Shown: piece after piece, positions 40,040 through 49,430 of the stretch
Layout of the letters: every line of letters begins with the position of its first letter
Position numbering within the stretch: the first letter of the stretch is position 1
NCBI GenBank assembly: GCA_964493785.1
Contig: CAZBPM010000002.1
Span: 162,712 to 226,711, forward strand
From: an uncultured Hyphomicrobium sp.
GTDB taxonomy: Bacteria > Pseudomonadota > Alphaproteobacteria > Rhizobiales > Hyphomicrobiaceae
Direction of reading: 5' to 3'
Length of the DNA: 64,000 nt
The notes under the pieces: generated by a model
What the model was told of the DNA's origin: nothing
Database searches by the model: none
Seen by the model: only the letters and a program-made list of their open reading frames with translations
Translations under genes and position numbers: made by a program

Positions 40040-40983
40040 TCGTCTTTCCTCCCGGTGGGCCTTTGCGGCCGATTTTTGTTAAGCGGCAAGGCGAGCCGCC
40101 ATGGTCGCGTCACGCCATTGGCGTCCGCGCTAGATGCGTGAAGTTGTCGGTGTGGGACTGCATCGGGCGAGCGACGCCGCTACGTCCAAACCTGCCTTTG
40201 GAGCGCGATGCGCATGGGGTTCCCTCCCGATGTGTGCGCAGCTGTCGTGCAGCGCGCTTATTGTTTCTTTGAACGGCCCTCAATCCAAATCATTACCTGC
40301 ACCACCCCTGTCGAATGCAATACCAACTTCACTGCATGCAAAGACATCTGCCAAACCTTCCTGCTTGTTGCCGGGCAATTTCTGCGTCGCCTCTCGGGAT
40401 GGGTCGGGATGCTTGGATGTATCGTGCAGCGCTTCCGATGGGAGAGCGATCGGACGAAGTTGACGCCGGAGACGCCGGCGATCGCTTACCACCTAGTCTC
40501 CGCTGCAACCGAAGGTGCCCTCGCCGGATGATCGCGAGGGTCGGAGTGCGGCATTCTGTATTCCCGCTCATAATGATTTGTTTTTGCAACGGCTCTGCCG
40601 CAATGAGCCCTGCGCTTTCCCGCACCGGCGCGGCAATGTTCCCGCTGCGGCCCGGGAGGCCGTGGCAGATGTGAGCGGGCGGCGGCAATTAAGCTTGCAG
40701 GACCAATTGCCTATCAGCGGTAATGACAATATTGCGACGGCCGTCCAATGGCCAACAAACGAGCGCGGGTACCCGCGCCATTCGGGGGAAGCGTTGAACA
40801 ATGGGGACATCATAGAGGCAAGATAGCTGCCTCGGCGTGGCACACAGTGCGACGGCGCAATTCGATCACCCACTGAACGTTTTCACTCGGCCGCTCGAGA
40901 CGCGGCGCCGAGAACGCCGGCGGCTTGCCTGCATTTCCGCGCCACCGCGGCCAACGCGGGGCGATGCAAGGGAGGACTAAGAA

Positions 40984-41073
40984 ATGTCACTCAGCTCCAA
41001 CGACCTCAACGGCCTTTTTGGATCGATGGACCTGTCGGTCTCCTCGTCTCGTCCGTTCCAAAGCGGGGGGTGA
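40984..41073 (+). CDS. Unannotated 29-aa ORF (MSLSSNDLNGLFGSMDLSVSSSRPFQSGG), translationally coupled to the GT2 gene
   Basis: AAGGGAGGA SD 8 nt before the ATG. About 79% GC3. The TGA stop overlaps the GTG at 41070 (GTGA). It is below the track's length cut-off. Confidence 0.35.
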   Translation: MSLSSNDLNGLFGSMDLSVSSSRPFQSGG

Positions 41074-42179
41074 AAGACATGGCGCTTCTCAGTGTTCTCA
41101 TTCCCGTCCGTAATCAGGAACGCTACGTCGAAATCGCAATCCGGAGCGTCCTAAGCCAATCCTATCGGGACTTCGTCCTCCTGATCATGGACGATGGCTC
41201 TTCAGACGCTACACCCGAGATCCTGAAGCGTTACGCGGCTCAGGACGACAGGGTCAAAATCTTCCTTCGCCCGCCACGCGGGCTCCCGACGACCAGAAAT
41301 AGTCTTCTGCGGCTTGCTCAGACGCCTCTCGTTGCATGGCTAGACTCTGATGACGTAGCGATGCCGGAGCGACTTGGACTGCAAGTCGCGGCCATGACTC
41401 GCGATCCCGCGCTTTGGCTTCTCGGAACCGCATTGGCCAGCATTGACGCCGAGGGGAACATCGCCAAGCAGGCCAACACGCTCACTGGCCCTGACGTAGC
41501 TCGCCAGATGCTTCAGGGCTGCAAGGTCGCGCAAACCTCGTGCATCATGAGGCGCGAGCCTGTGCTTGCCATCGGAGGCTACCGGCCCGCGTTCGACTGG
41601 TCTCAGGATTATGACCTTTTTCTACGCATCAGCGAACGCGGAAAGATCGACAACCTCGACTATGTCGGTGTTCATTACCGCAATCACGGTAACTCGATAA
41701 CCAACAGGAACAAGCTGATGCAGAACTTGCTCGCGGATCTAGCGCGGGCAAGCCACAAATTGCGGATGTCGTCGCGACCTGATCCGACAGATCTGCTCAC
41801 ACGGTGCCCTGATCTTTTCAACGACCCCGTTCTGGACGAACTGCTTGGTGAGCAAGTCAACATCTACCGTGCGATCCATCTCGCCTCGAACAGTCCGGGC
41901 GATTGCTCTGAGGCTCTGGAACTGCTGCTGCGAAACCAACCTAGCCGCAGACTGCAGCGGCAATACCAGGACGCGCTCCTAAAATTGCTGACGGAACGAC
42001 GCTTCGATGCGTTGAGCGCACGCGCTCTTTGGCGCGCGGCCACATTGGGCCCGGGGCGCGTCGTGCGCCGCTTGGCGACCTTACAGAGTTGGGCGGGCGC
42101 GGATGCCGAAGGCGCCGAAGCGCGCAGTAGTAGCAATCCTATTCCCAGGTCAAGGCTTCCCGGACACGCTCGTCACTGA
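41070..42179 (+). CDS. Family 2 glycosyltransferase with helical C-terminal domain
   Basis: LSVLIPVRNQERYV ... LIMDDGSSD ... WLDSDDV GT-A/DxD motifs. About 140 aa of helical tail. ATG 41079 is an alternative start. Confidence 0.85.
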   Translation: MKDMALLSVLIPVRNQERYVEIAIRSVLSQSYRDFVLLIMDDGSSDATPEILKRYAAQDDRVKIFLRPPRGLPTTRNSLLRLAQTPLVAWLDSDDVAMPERLGLQVAAMTRDPALWLLGTALASIDAEGNIAKQANTLTGPDVARQMLQGCKVAQTSCIMRREPVLAIGGYRPAFDWSQDYDLFLRISERGKIDNLDYVGVHYRNHGNSITNRNKLMQNLLADLARASHKLRMSSRPDPTDLLTRCPDLFNDPVLDELLGEQVNIYRAIHLASNSPGDCSEALELLLRNQPSRRLQRQYQDALLKLLTERRFDALSARALWRAATLGPGRVVRRLATLQSWAGADAEGAEARSSSNPIPRSRLPGHARH

Positions 42180-43689
42180 CGGCAAGAGCATCGGGCGCTG
42201 GAAATGGACGATGCCAATTCTCGAAGTCGAAGCGGCCCGTTTTGCGCGTCATTCGGCGATGGAACCGTCCCACCTGGGCGCGATAGTCGCGACGATCCTT
42301 TCCGACCTCTCCGATATTAGCCGTTGTGGCAGCAGTCGTGAGCGAACCGTCGCGTCGCAATTGCACGATTAGTGGCCTGGGGCACGCCGCAACGACACGC
42401 TTGCCGTAAAGTCTGACGAGGCGCTCAATATATTCAGCGTCTGCTTCGACGCGTACGCAATCCCAGTACCCGACCATCTGCAGTGCTGCAACGCGGCGGT
42501 ACATCAGCGACGGGTAGCACGTCGCCCTTAAAAGCGTGCCCGGCCGTACCAATTCAAATCGGCCCTGCTCCGACATGCGAACTCCAACGCAGTAGCACGC
42601 GACAGCCTGCCGATTTTCTTCAAGCAGCCGCACCTGCTGCTCGATGCGTTCTGGATGGCTCCAATCGTCGGCATCCTGAGTTGTCACATACACGCCTCGA
42701 GCCGCGCGCAGTGCGCGATTGCGCGAAACATATGTGCCGACGTTCCTTTTGTTCCGCAGGAGCCGGATGCGGCTGTCGCTGCGCGCAAGCGCATTTACGA
42801 GCTCCGCAGTGTGGTCCGTGCTGCAGTCGTCAACGACCAGAACCTCCAAATTGGCGTGGGTCTGCTGCAGCAATGATCGCAGCACCGCCGTCAAATAACG
42901 CTCGCCGTTAAAGCAGCTGACGATGACAGATACCAACGGTCCGTCGAGGCTTGTCGGCAGTGCGCTACGGAAACCAGTAAGCAGGTCAAATCGGTTCGAT
43001 TCGCCCTCCCCTGGATCCCGGAATTCCGGCGCCTCAAGCCCATCGCGCGTAAAAAACTCTTGCACGTGCGCGGTCCAACGCTCTTCAACGTCGATTTGTG
43101 CGGTGGCGCGTATCAGACACGCCTCCAGGTCCAGCGAGTGCTGTGCGCCCTGAAATGATTCTGACGGTCGCATGCTATCTAAGGTGCTTAGCGCGGCACT
43201 TGGCGCAGCCCCCGACGCTTGCAGTATAGCGAGTTGTACGACGTACTGCTTCGGCAGGCCGATGCCGCGGGCGCGCATCTCGTCCAGAAAACTTAAGGCA
43301 GCCGCCTTGTCGCCGACCGCGATCCCGCATTCGACAGCGAGCGCCGCGGGCCACAGCGCGCCTGGTTCCATGCGCGCCAAATTTGCCAACTGAAGCTTGA
43401 GCCGGTCAGGTGCGAACGCCTCGATGATCTGGCGAATGCCTTTCCGCGAGAAGGATAAGCTGCCGTCGTATGCGATTGCCTTCGGCATCAGGAGGCGTGT
43501 AAGCCCAAGCCATAAGGCCGCTCCCGAAGAGCGCGACGTTCTGAGAAACAAGGCCCTTGCCAATCGCGACCGCGTGCCGGTCAGCGCCGTGCGTGCGGCG
43601 CCCGGCAAACTCGTCGCCGCCGAAATGAGACGCTGCACTCGGTGGGCCCCAACTGATCTCCCAGCGTTGGGCGAGCTTGGCGCTTTCAT
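42139..43689 (-). CDS. Family 2 glycosyltransferase with ~250-aa N-terminal extension
   Basis: VSVIVSCFNGERYL ... VVDDCSTD ... TQDADDWSHPERI in the C-terminal half. The N-terminal half is helical with no recognised family. Confidence 0.8.
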   Translation of the reverse strand: MKAPSSPNAGRSVGAHRVQRLISAATSLPGAARTALTGTRSRLARALFLRTSRSSGAALWLGLTRLLMPKAIAYDGSLSFSRKGIRQIIEAFAPDRLKLQLANLARMEPGALWPAALAVECGIAVGDKAAALSFLDEMRARGIGLPKQYVVQLAILQASGAAPSAALSTLDSMRPSESFQGAQHSLDLEACLIRATAQIDVEERWTAHVQEFFTRDGLEAPEFRDPGEGESNRFDLLTGFRSALPTSLDGPLVSVIVSCFNGERYLTAVLRSLLQQTHANLEVLVVDDCSTDHTAELVNALARSDSRIRLLRNKRNVGTYVSRNRALRAARGVYVTTQDADDWSHPERIEQQVRLLEENRQAVACYCVGVRMSEQGRFELVRPGTLLRATCYPSLMYRRVAALQMVGYWDCVRVEADAEYIERLVRLYGKRVVAACPRPLIVQLRRDGSLTTAATTANIGEVGKDRRDYRAQVGRFHRRMTRKTGRFDFENWHRPFPAPDALAVSDERVREALTWE

Positions 43690-43766
43690 AGCTGAAACTC
43701 ACTCAATACCGGTCACCGGAAATCCAGCTCTCCTAAATCAGTCCGATCTTCCGACCAGCAGGTCTT

Positions 43767-45581
43767 CTAGGCGACTCGCGGCTCCCGAAATTGCAACCGA
43801 TAGAGGCGCGCGTAAGCCCCGTCGCGCGCCATAAGCTGCTCGTGATTTCCCGCCTCGACCATGCGTCCGCCGTCGATGACGTAGATCTTCTGGGCGTTCC
43901 TCACTGTGGCGAAGCGATGCGCGATTACGATGGTCGTACGTCCGACCATCAGTTTGCTCAACGTCTCCTGGATGATCTGCTCCGTCTCGCTGTCCAGAGC
44001 CGACGTTGGCTCGTCGAGCAGCAGGACCGGAGCGTTCTTTAAGAATGCGCGTGCGATGGAAATGCGCTGGCGCTGACCGCCCGAGACCATATTCCCCAGC
44101 TCTCCCACCGGCGTGTCGTAGCCGCGGGGCAACTGCTTGATGAAGTCGTGGGCGTGCGCTGCGCGCGCCGCCTTTTCGAGTTCCGCGTCGCTGCTATTGG
44201 GATTGACCGCCAGGAGGTTGTCGCGGACCGAGCCGTCGAACAGGAACACATCCTGGCTGACAACAGAGATGCTCTTGCGCCATGACGTCAGCGAAACCGC
44301 GCTTATCGGCTGGCCGTCGATCGAGACCACTCCGGCGGCCGCCGGCCAGAAGCCCTGAAGCAATCCGAAGATCGTGGATTTTCCGCCGCCGGACGCTCCG
44401 ACAAGAGCAGTCACCTCACCGCTCTTGGCCGTGAGCGAGACGTCGCTCAGGATGGGTTTGCCCTTACGGTAAGCAAAGTCCACATGGTCGAGCGCCACGT
44501 CGCCTCGGCGTATTAAAAGCGCCGGAGCGCTCGGTTTGTCAGGCTCCGAGACCGGCGTGTCGAGGATATCGAACATGAGTCCGACTCCCACCGACAGGTT
44601 GCGCAACTGCAGGTGAAACTTTGAAAGGCGCCGTGCAGGATCGGCGGCCAGCAGCAGAGCTGTGATGAATGCGATGAAGTTGCCGGGCGTCGTCACCCCC
44701 GAACTAAGCTGCATGCCGGTGTAGGCCACGACCGCCGCCACGGAGAGGCCGCCCAGCGTCTCGATCAGCGGATTGACGCCAGCCTGGACCGTCGCAACCT
44801 TGTTCGCGCTCGCCTCCATCGTGTCGATGGCGTTCTGCATGCGCTTGCGAAAGAGGTCTTCAAGCTGGAAAGATTTGATCAGCCTAATACCCTGGGCCGT
44901 TTCCCGCACTACTCCGATGGATTTTGCTGTCGTTGCCGCCTCGACCTGTCCACCTTTGCGCGCAACGTGTCCCATCCTACGGACGGCGAAGCCTGCGATC
45001 GGCCCAACGACCAGCACGACGAGTGACATCATCGGATCCTGGGTGACCATCACGATGATGAGCCCGATCAGCGTAAGCAGGTCACGACCGAAGCTGACAG
45101 CCACTAGGTTGAGCAGACTGCGGGCTGCGCTCGCCGCTCTCGACGTGCGCATGATCAGGTCGCTCGAGTTATAATCCTCGAAGAACGACACGTTCATGCG
45201 CAAAAGATGCTCGTAGATCTTTCTCTGGAAGTCGGCGACCAGTCGGCTGCCAATGCGGCTCAGCCAGAGCTCCTGGGTATAGGACGCGGCGCCTTTCACA
45301 ACGAAGATTGCGATGATGGCAATCGGAAGCCATGTTATCGCTGACTGGTCGCGTCGGACGAAGATGTCGTTGACGATGTCCTTCATCATCCATGCGGAGA
45401 GTGCGGTCGCCCCCGAAGCTATAGCCATGAGAAGAAGCGCGAGGGCGTAACGCCACGCATACTCTCGCCAACGTTCCTGCACCAAGCGCAGCACGACAGC
45501 CCAGGGCGAAACCGCAGCCGAGGATTTGCTCTTGCGGGGCATACCCGCCCCAGGCCTCGATTCTTGCATGTGCTCACCCAC
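43767..45581 (-). CDS. ABC exporter, fused permease/ATPase (MsbA/NdvA-like)
   Basis: Six-helix TMD. Walker A GASGGGKST, signature VSGGQRQRISIARA, Walker B LLLDEPTSALD. No C39 peptidase domain. ATG 45569 is an alternative start. Confidence 0.9.
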   Translation of the reverse strand: MGEHMQESRPGAGMPRKSKSSAAVSPWAVVLRLVQERWREYAWRYALALLLMAIASGATALSAWMMKDIVNDIFVRRDQSAITWLPIAIIAIFVVKGAASYTQELWLSRIGSRLVADFQRKIYEHLLRMNVSFFEDYNSSDLIMRTSRAASAARSLLNLVAVSFGRDLLTLIGLIIVMVTQDPMMSLVVLVVGPIAGFAVRRMGHVARKGGQVEAATTAKSIGVVRETAQGIRLIKSFQLEDLFRKRMQNAIDTMEASANKVATVQAGVNPLIETLGGLSVAAVVAYTGMQLSSGVTTPGNFIAFITALLLAADPARRLSKFHLQLRNLSVGVGLMFDILDTPVSEPDKPSAPALLIRRGDVALDHVDFAYRKGKPILSDVSLTAKSGEVTALVGASGGGKSTIFGLLQGFWPAAAGVVSIDGQPISAVSLTSWRKSISVVSQDVFLFDGSVRDNLLAVNPNSSDAELEKAARAAHAHDFIKQLPRGYDTPVGELGNMVSGGQRQRISIARAFLKNAPVLLLDEPTSALDSETEQIIQETLSKLMVGRTTIVIAHRFATVRNAQKIYVIDGGRMVEAGNHEQLMARDGAYARLYRLQFREPRVA

Positions 45582-45798
45582 CTATCGACACGCGATACAA
45601 AGCCGTCTTCGAGGGCCAATGCGGCCTGGAAGTACTCCCCCACGATATCCCGTAACATCTCGCCGCAAGTGGGGGCAATTGCTGCGTTTCGAGGACCTTA
45701 ATTCGACACGCGTCAGGTCGGGACAATGGACCCACCGGAGAGGCGGGCCGGTCAAGCAGGGCGGAATTGCGGCGGCGGGTCGTGCACCAATACATCGG

Positions 45799-47427
45799 CT
45801 ATCTCAGCAGCAATGCAGCGAATAGAAGATGCGAAACGGGGGAGCCGGCAGATGCGCTCGTGAGCTGCTGCATCTCGGCTGCCTTTCGCGCAACCGTTAC
45901 TGCCTGATCGACGTACTCGGTCCGGAACAGCCCGCTGCGCCGCAGTCCGCCTTCATGACGAAGGAGGTCGTCGAGCAAGCGGGACCAGATGTCCTGATGG
46001 CCGTCGGCCGCGTCCCCCACGTCAGGCTCACCAGGCGAAGTTGACGTGTACACGATGCCCGGCTGAAGCCGATCGAGCGCATTCCTGATGTCCGTGAAGT
46101 CCCGCTTGTGCCGCCTGTCAGGTGCCTTACCGCGCGTGTCGTATGGCATATCGACGATGCCCTGCGCGCAATTCATCATCAGGTCGACAAGGAATTGCGC
46201 GCGCTTACGCTGCTTTGGTGGGCAAATGGCCGACGCCCTCCGGAAGAAGGAGCTAGAAAGTGGGGAGGCCTGATAGATGTACTGTGGCGAGCGGCCTCCG
46301 TGCATTCGATCGCGATAGTGGCGATAGTGCAGTGTAAGTGGATCGAGGTCGGCCTCGAACCCGCGCTGGAGGCCGGCGATGTCGCTCAACACCGCAGCGC
46401 GAAACTCCTCGAAATGATTGCCGGATGAAAAGACGCCGCGCTGCGCGTCCAGCATCCTTGTCAGCGTACGAGATCTGAAGAACGGCCGATGGGCTTCTCC
46501 TCCGGCTCCACCGATGGTGAGCGACATCGGATTGGGATGCTTCGACGGAAAGTAGATGGGTGTATAGATGCCAAGGCAGAGACGCCGCCACCGTTCGTAT
46601 GCGCCACGGGCTGTCAAAGGCCTATCCAGATGATGCCGGCGGCGCGAGTTCAGCGCGAGCCCGTAGTGCTTTGCCAGGCCTTTGGCGATCGCAAGATCTT
46701 GTTGCGCGGTTTCCTTGCTGACAAAGGTTACCCTGCTGAACCCTGCCGAGGACCGCTGCGCCGCTGCGAGCAGAAGGCTCAGTACCGCGCGAGAGTCTCG
46801 TCCTCCGGTCAATTTGCACGCGACGTCGAGATCGGACATTACGAGCGCGCCCATGCGGGCCACCCAGACTCGAAGCGATTCCGCCAATGCATCGGCGTAG
46901 CTGGGGCCTCTGAGATCCAGCTCTTCTACGCGATCTGTACGGGCCGTCGCCAATGAACGCTTTTTGGTGACCGGGTCCTCGCGAACGATGGCCTGCTCGG
47001 TTGCGGGGATGAGCCGGATTTCGCCCACCGCCGTCTGCAAAGAAGCAATCTGGTTTCCGAAGGCGCCCGGGATGAAGAATCCCGCCAGATGTGCGGACCG
47101 GAGTGTAACGGGTAGCGATCTAGCGCGGGCATACTCAACCAACGATACAATAGAGTTTGAGAGGGCCCAGGCATCTCCCGATCTGTAAGCGAACAGTTTA
47201 TAGTAGCCGCTGAAGTCGGTTCCTATTGTTGCCGAACCCTCGTGCGCATTGACGACGATGTACGCTCCATCTTCCCCGGGCTCGATACGTTTTCGTTCAC
47301 GCTCGGCATACTTCTGATACCCCAGGTCGCCGACAACCACGTCGGATCCAGTGAAGCAGACACCAATCAGCTTCCGTTGGGGCAGCACGCCGTCATGCGA
47401 GAACAGAACGTCGTCAGACTCTTGCAT
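45799..47427 (-). CDS. Asparagine-synthase-like PP-loop adenylating enzyme lacking the N-terminal Cys nucleophile
   Basis: PP-loop CKLTGGRDSRAVLSLLLAA in the middle of a 542-aa protein. The N-terminus MQESDDVL has no Cys2, so it is not a class II glutaminase. Confidence 0.6.
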   Translation of the reverse strand: MQESDDVLFSHDGVLPQRKLIGVCFTGSDVVVGDLGYQKYAERERKRIEPGEDGAYIVVNAHEGSATIGTDFSGYYKLFAYRSGDAWALSNSIVSLVEYARARSLPVTLRSAHLAGFFIPGAFGNQIASLQTAVGEIRLIPATEQAIVREDPVTKKRSLATARTDRVEELDLRGPSYADALAESLRVWVARMGALVMSDLDVACKLTGGRDSRAVLSLLLAAAQRSSAGFSRVTFVSKETAQQDLAIAKGLAKHYGLALNSRRRHHLDRPLTARGAYERWRRLCLGIYTPIYFPSKHPNPMSLTIGGAGGEAHRPFFRSRTLTRMLDAQRGVFSSGNHFEEFRAAVLSDIAGLQRGFEADLDPLTLHYRHYRDRMHGGRSPQYIYQASPLSSSFFRRASAICPPKQRKRAQFLVDLMMNCAQGIVDMPYDTRGKAPDRRHKRDFTDIRNALDRLQPGIVYTSTSPGEPDVGDAADGHQDIWSRLLDDLLRHEGGLRRSGLFRTEYVDQAVTVARKAAEMQQLTSASAGSPVSHLLFAALLLR

Positions 47428-47504
47428 AGGTATTCCGGTCGCCGTGTTTCGCGAGAGTCCAGCTCGCTTGCGAAGACGCAGCGCACGTTGCTTCCAGGCC
47501 CAGA

Positions 47505-48557
47505 TTACGCTTTCTCAAGAACCCAAGCCTTCCTTGCGCGTCCGTGGTGAATTTCACGAGCAGACGAGAACATTCCGTTGGCTGCGAAAGCACGGTATTC
47601 ATCGTCGGCGTTGATCTCCACCTCTGCCAGGACGAACTTCCGAATGTTCTGGGCCACTACCGCGAGACTACGTTGCAGAGATCTTGGGTCGCCTCGCTTC
47701 AGGTGCACGATCGCAGTATCGAACGCCGCGTCTCGCCCCAAAGTGCTCAAGTCGCCGTCGACTCGATAGGAAACGCTTGGATAGGCGCCATCGAACATCG
47801 CGAGGCGGGTCGCAAGATTGACCAACCGTGGCGACGTCTCCAATCCTACGCACTCCCTTGCGCCTCTCGCTTTCGCAAGCAGGCACGCCGTGCCTGCGTT
47901 GCAACCAATGTCTAGAACTGTCTTGTCTTCCAAGGTTTCGCGCGGCGCTGCCGCAATCCAGTGACGGACTTCTCCTGCTTGGCCGCGTGCGACCAACTCG
48001 CCTCTAAGGTAGATACTCTCCTTCGGTCGCTCGAACATGCCTCCATCGAAAAACTCAGGCGCCTGGGAATACATCATCAGCGCGAGATCGACCGGGAGGC
48101 GTTCGCACGCTATCGAGCGGTTCAGCGCCGCGGCAAATGACAGGCGATGATTGCCGTCGAGCGCGAAGGGAACCTTGGATGCAGCGAGGGTGACGAGCGT
48201 TGGGCGGGGCATAGCGATGCCCTTCTCATACGCCCGAAAGTGACCGGCAAATGCCCTTACTCGACCTGCAAACTCGGCTCTGCGGTCCTCGCCCCAACTC
48301 GCTGCGAGGTATGACGAATAGAATTCTTCAGCTTTCGAGAGATCAGCCTTTCCAGCCAGTGCGGCTGCCAACTGATAGTGCGGCGTATCCTTGATCGTCA
48401 CATCGGTCCGGCCAAGCCGGTTGTAGAAGAACTCCGCCGTCGACGCCTTGAACTGGTAGAAGCCGAGCTCTCCCACCTCGCTTGCGCCTATATGCACGAT
48501 CCGCCGCTGGATCAGGCGACGCAGTTGGCGCACACGCTTGGCCCCGACAAGCTTCAT
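47505..48557 (-). CDS. Two-domain protein with C-terminal class I SAM-methyltransferase fold
   Basis: VLDIGCNAGTACLLAKARGARECVGLE (motif I) in the C-terminal half. The start codon abuts the upstream stop. Confidence 0.6.
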   Translation of the reverse strand: MKLVGAKRVRQLRRLIQRRIVHIGASEVGELGFYQFKASTAEFFYNRLGRTDVTIKDTPHYQLAAALAGKADLSKAEEFYSSYLAASWGEDRRAEFAGRVRAFAGHFRAYEKGIAMPRPTLVTLAASKVPFALDGNHRLSFAAALNRSIACERLPVDLALMMYSQAPEFFDGGMFERPKESIYLRGELVARGQAGEVRHWIAAAPRETLEDKTVLDIGCNAGTACLLAKARGARECVGLETSPRLVNLATRLAMFDGAYPSVSYRVDGDLSTLGRDAAFDTAIVHLKRGDPRSLQRSLAVVAQNIRKFVLAEVEINADDEYRAFAANGMFSSAREIHHGRARKAWVLEKA

Positions 48558-49430
48558 CTATGCACGCAATCGGACGTGATCAGCGGAGGCAAACGGGCAC
48601 GCTTCCAGAAGGCGCCCTGACACTGGTGAGAGGTCGATCCTGTCCGCAGCAGAGGCTGCTTCTAAAAGAGCCATCGTTGCGGTCGGCGAACGCGGATCGA
48701 CTATGATCGCCTTCTGGGGCGCGAGGCCTGCACCGAGAAAGTAATCATCGAACTTGAAGCTCCCACCGATCACCTTATCCGACAGGACGATGCGCGCGGC
48801 AGGAACGCCATAAGCTTGCGCGATGATGATGCCGTGCAAGGAGGAAGATACGACCGCGTCGCAGGACGCAATGTCGTCGACAACGGGCTCAACGTCTCGC
48901 CGCACGTCGATGATCCGCACGTCTTCGCGATTGCCGAAAAGCGCTGATGCCAGGTCGAAATCCTTGAAGTGGGGCACAATCCCCAGCCGCTGCGTTCTCG
49001 TCTTCAAGCGCGGGGTGTAAAATCGCGGCAGCAGAATGCCAGGATCGCCGTAAACCTCTGGGCAGCTGTAGCCGAGACGGGTGCAGATCTCCCGCGAGAG
49101 GGGGCCTCGAACGGCATGGATGATCTTCGGCGCGGGGAACCGGGCATCCGGCTTTATGGCGCCACTTCCCCAGACGATCGCCTGCCCCGATTGGCGGATG
49201 TGGCCCAGGATGCTGCCGCATGTGAGATGATATGCGCCGAGCCGACGCTTGCGGGCATCCCGAAAGTGCGGTCGACGCCCTGTCAGCTTCTCGAACAGAT
49301 ACGGCCCAATCCAATCGCCGAAATTGATGCCATCAGGTTCCTTGTAATACCAATATAGACTGCGACCGGAAGCGATACCGCTGCGGGCAAGAAGGTCTGA
49401 TGGCCTGAAGCTATCCAGCGCATTCGCCAT
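48558..49430 (-). CDS. Polysaccharide pyruvyl transferase family protein
   Basis: INFGDWIGPYLFEKLTGR, GSILGHI, VWGSG, VVSSSLHGIIIAQAYGVPA. The start is trimmed to ATG 49430, and it still overlaps the upstream GT2 by 20 nt. Confidence 0.8.
   Translation of the reverse strand: MANALDSFRPSDLLARSGIASGRSLYWYYKEPDGINFGDWIGPYLFEKLTGRRPHFRDARKRRLGAYHLTCGSILGHIRQSGQAIVWGSGAIKPDARFPAPKIIHAVRGPLSREICTRLGYSCPEVYGDPGILLPRFYTPRLKTRTQRLGIVPHFKDFDLASALFGNREDVRIIDVRRDVEPVVDDIASCDAVVSSSLHGIIIAQAYGVPAARIVLSDKVIGGSFKFDDYFLGAGLAPQKAIIVDPRSPTATMALLEAASAADRIDLSPVSGRLLEACPFASADHVRLRA

Noticed and set aside
43767-47504. Lasso-peptide cluster hypothesis (Asn-synthase-like cyclase plus ABC exporter)
   Set aside because: There is no transglutaminase-like B protease/RRE gene, and no plausible precursor ORF (leader ending T-x, core G...D/E) in the 77- and 217-nt flanking gaps. 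The surrounding sugar-modifying genes favour a glycan-amidation role.
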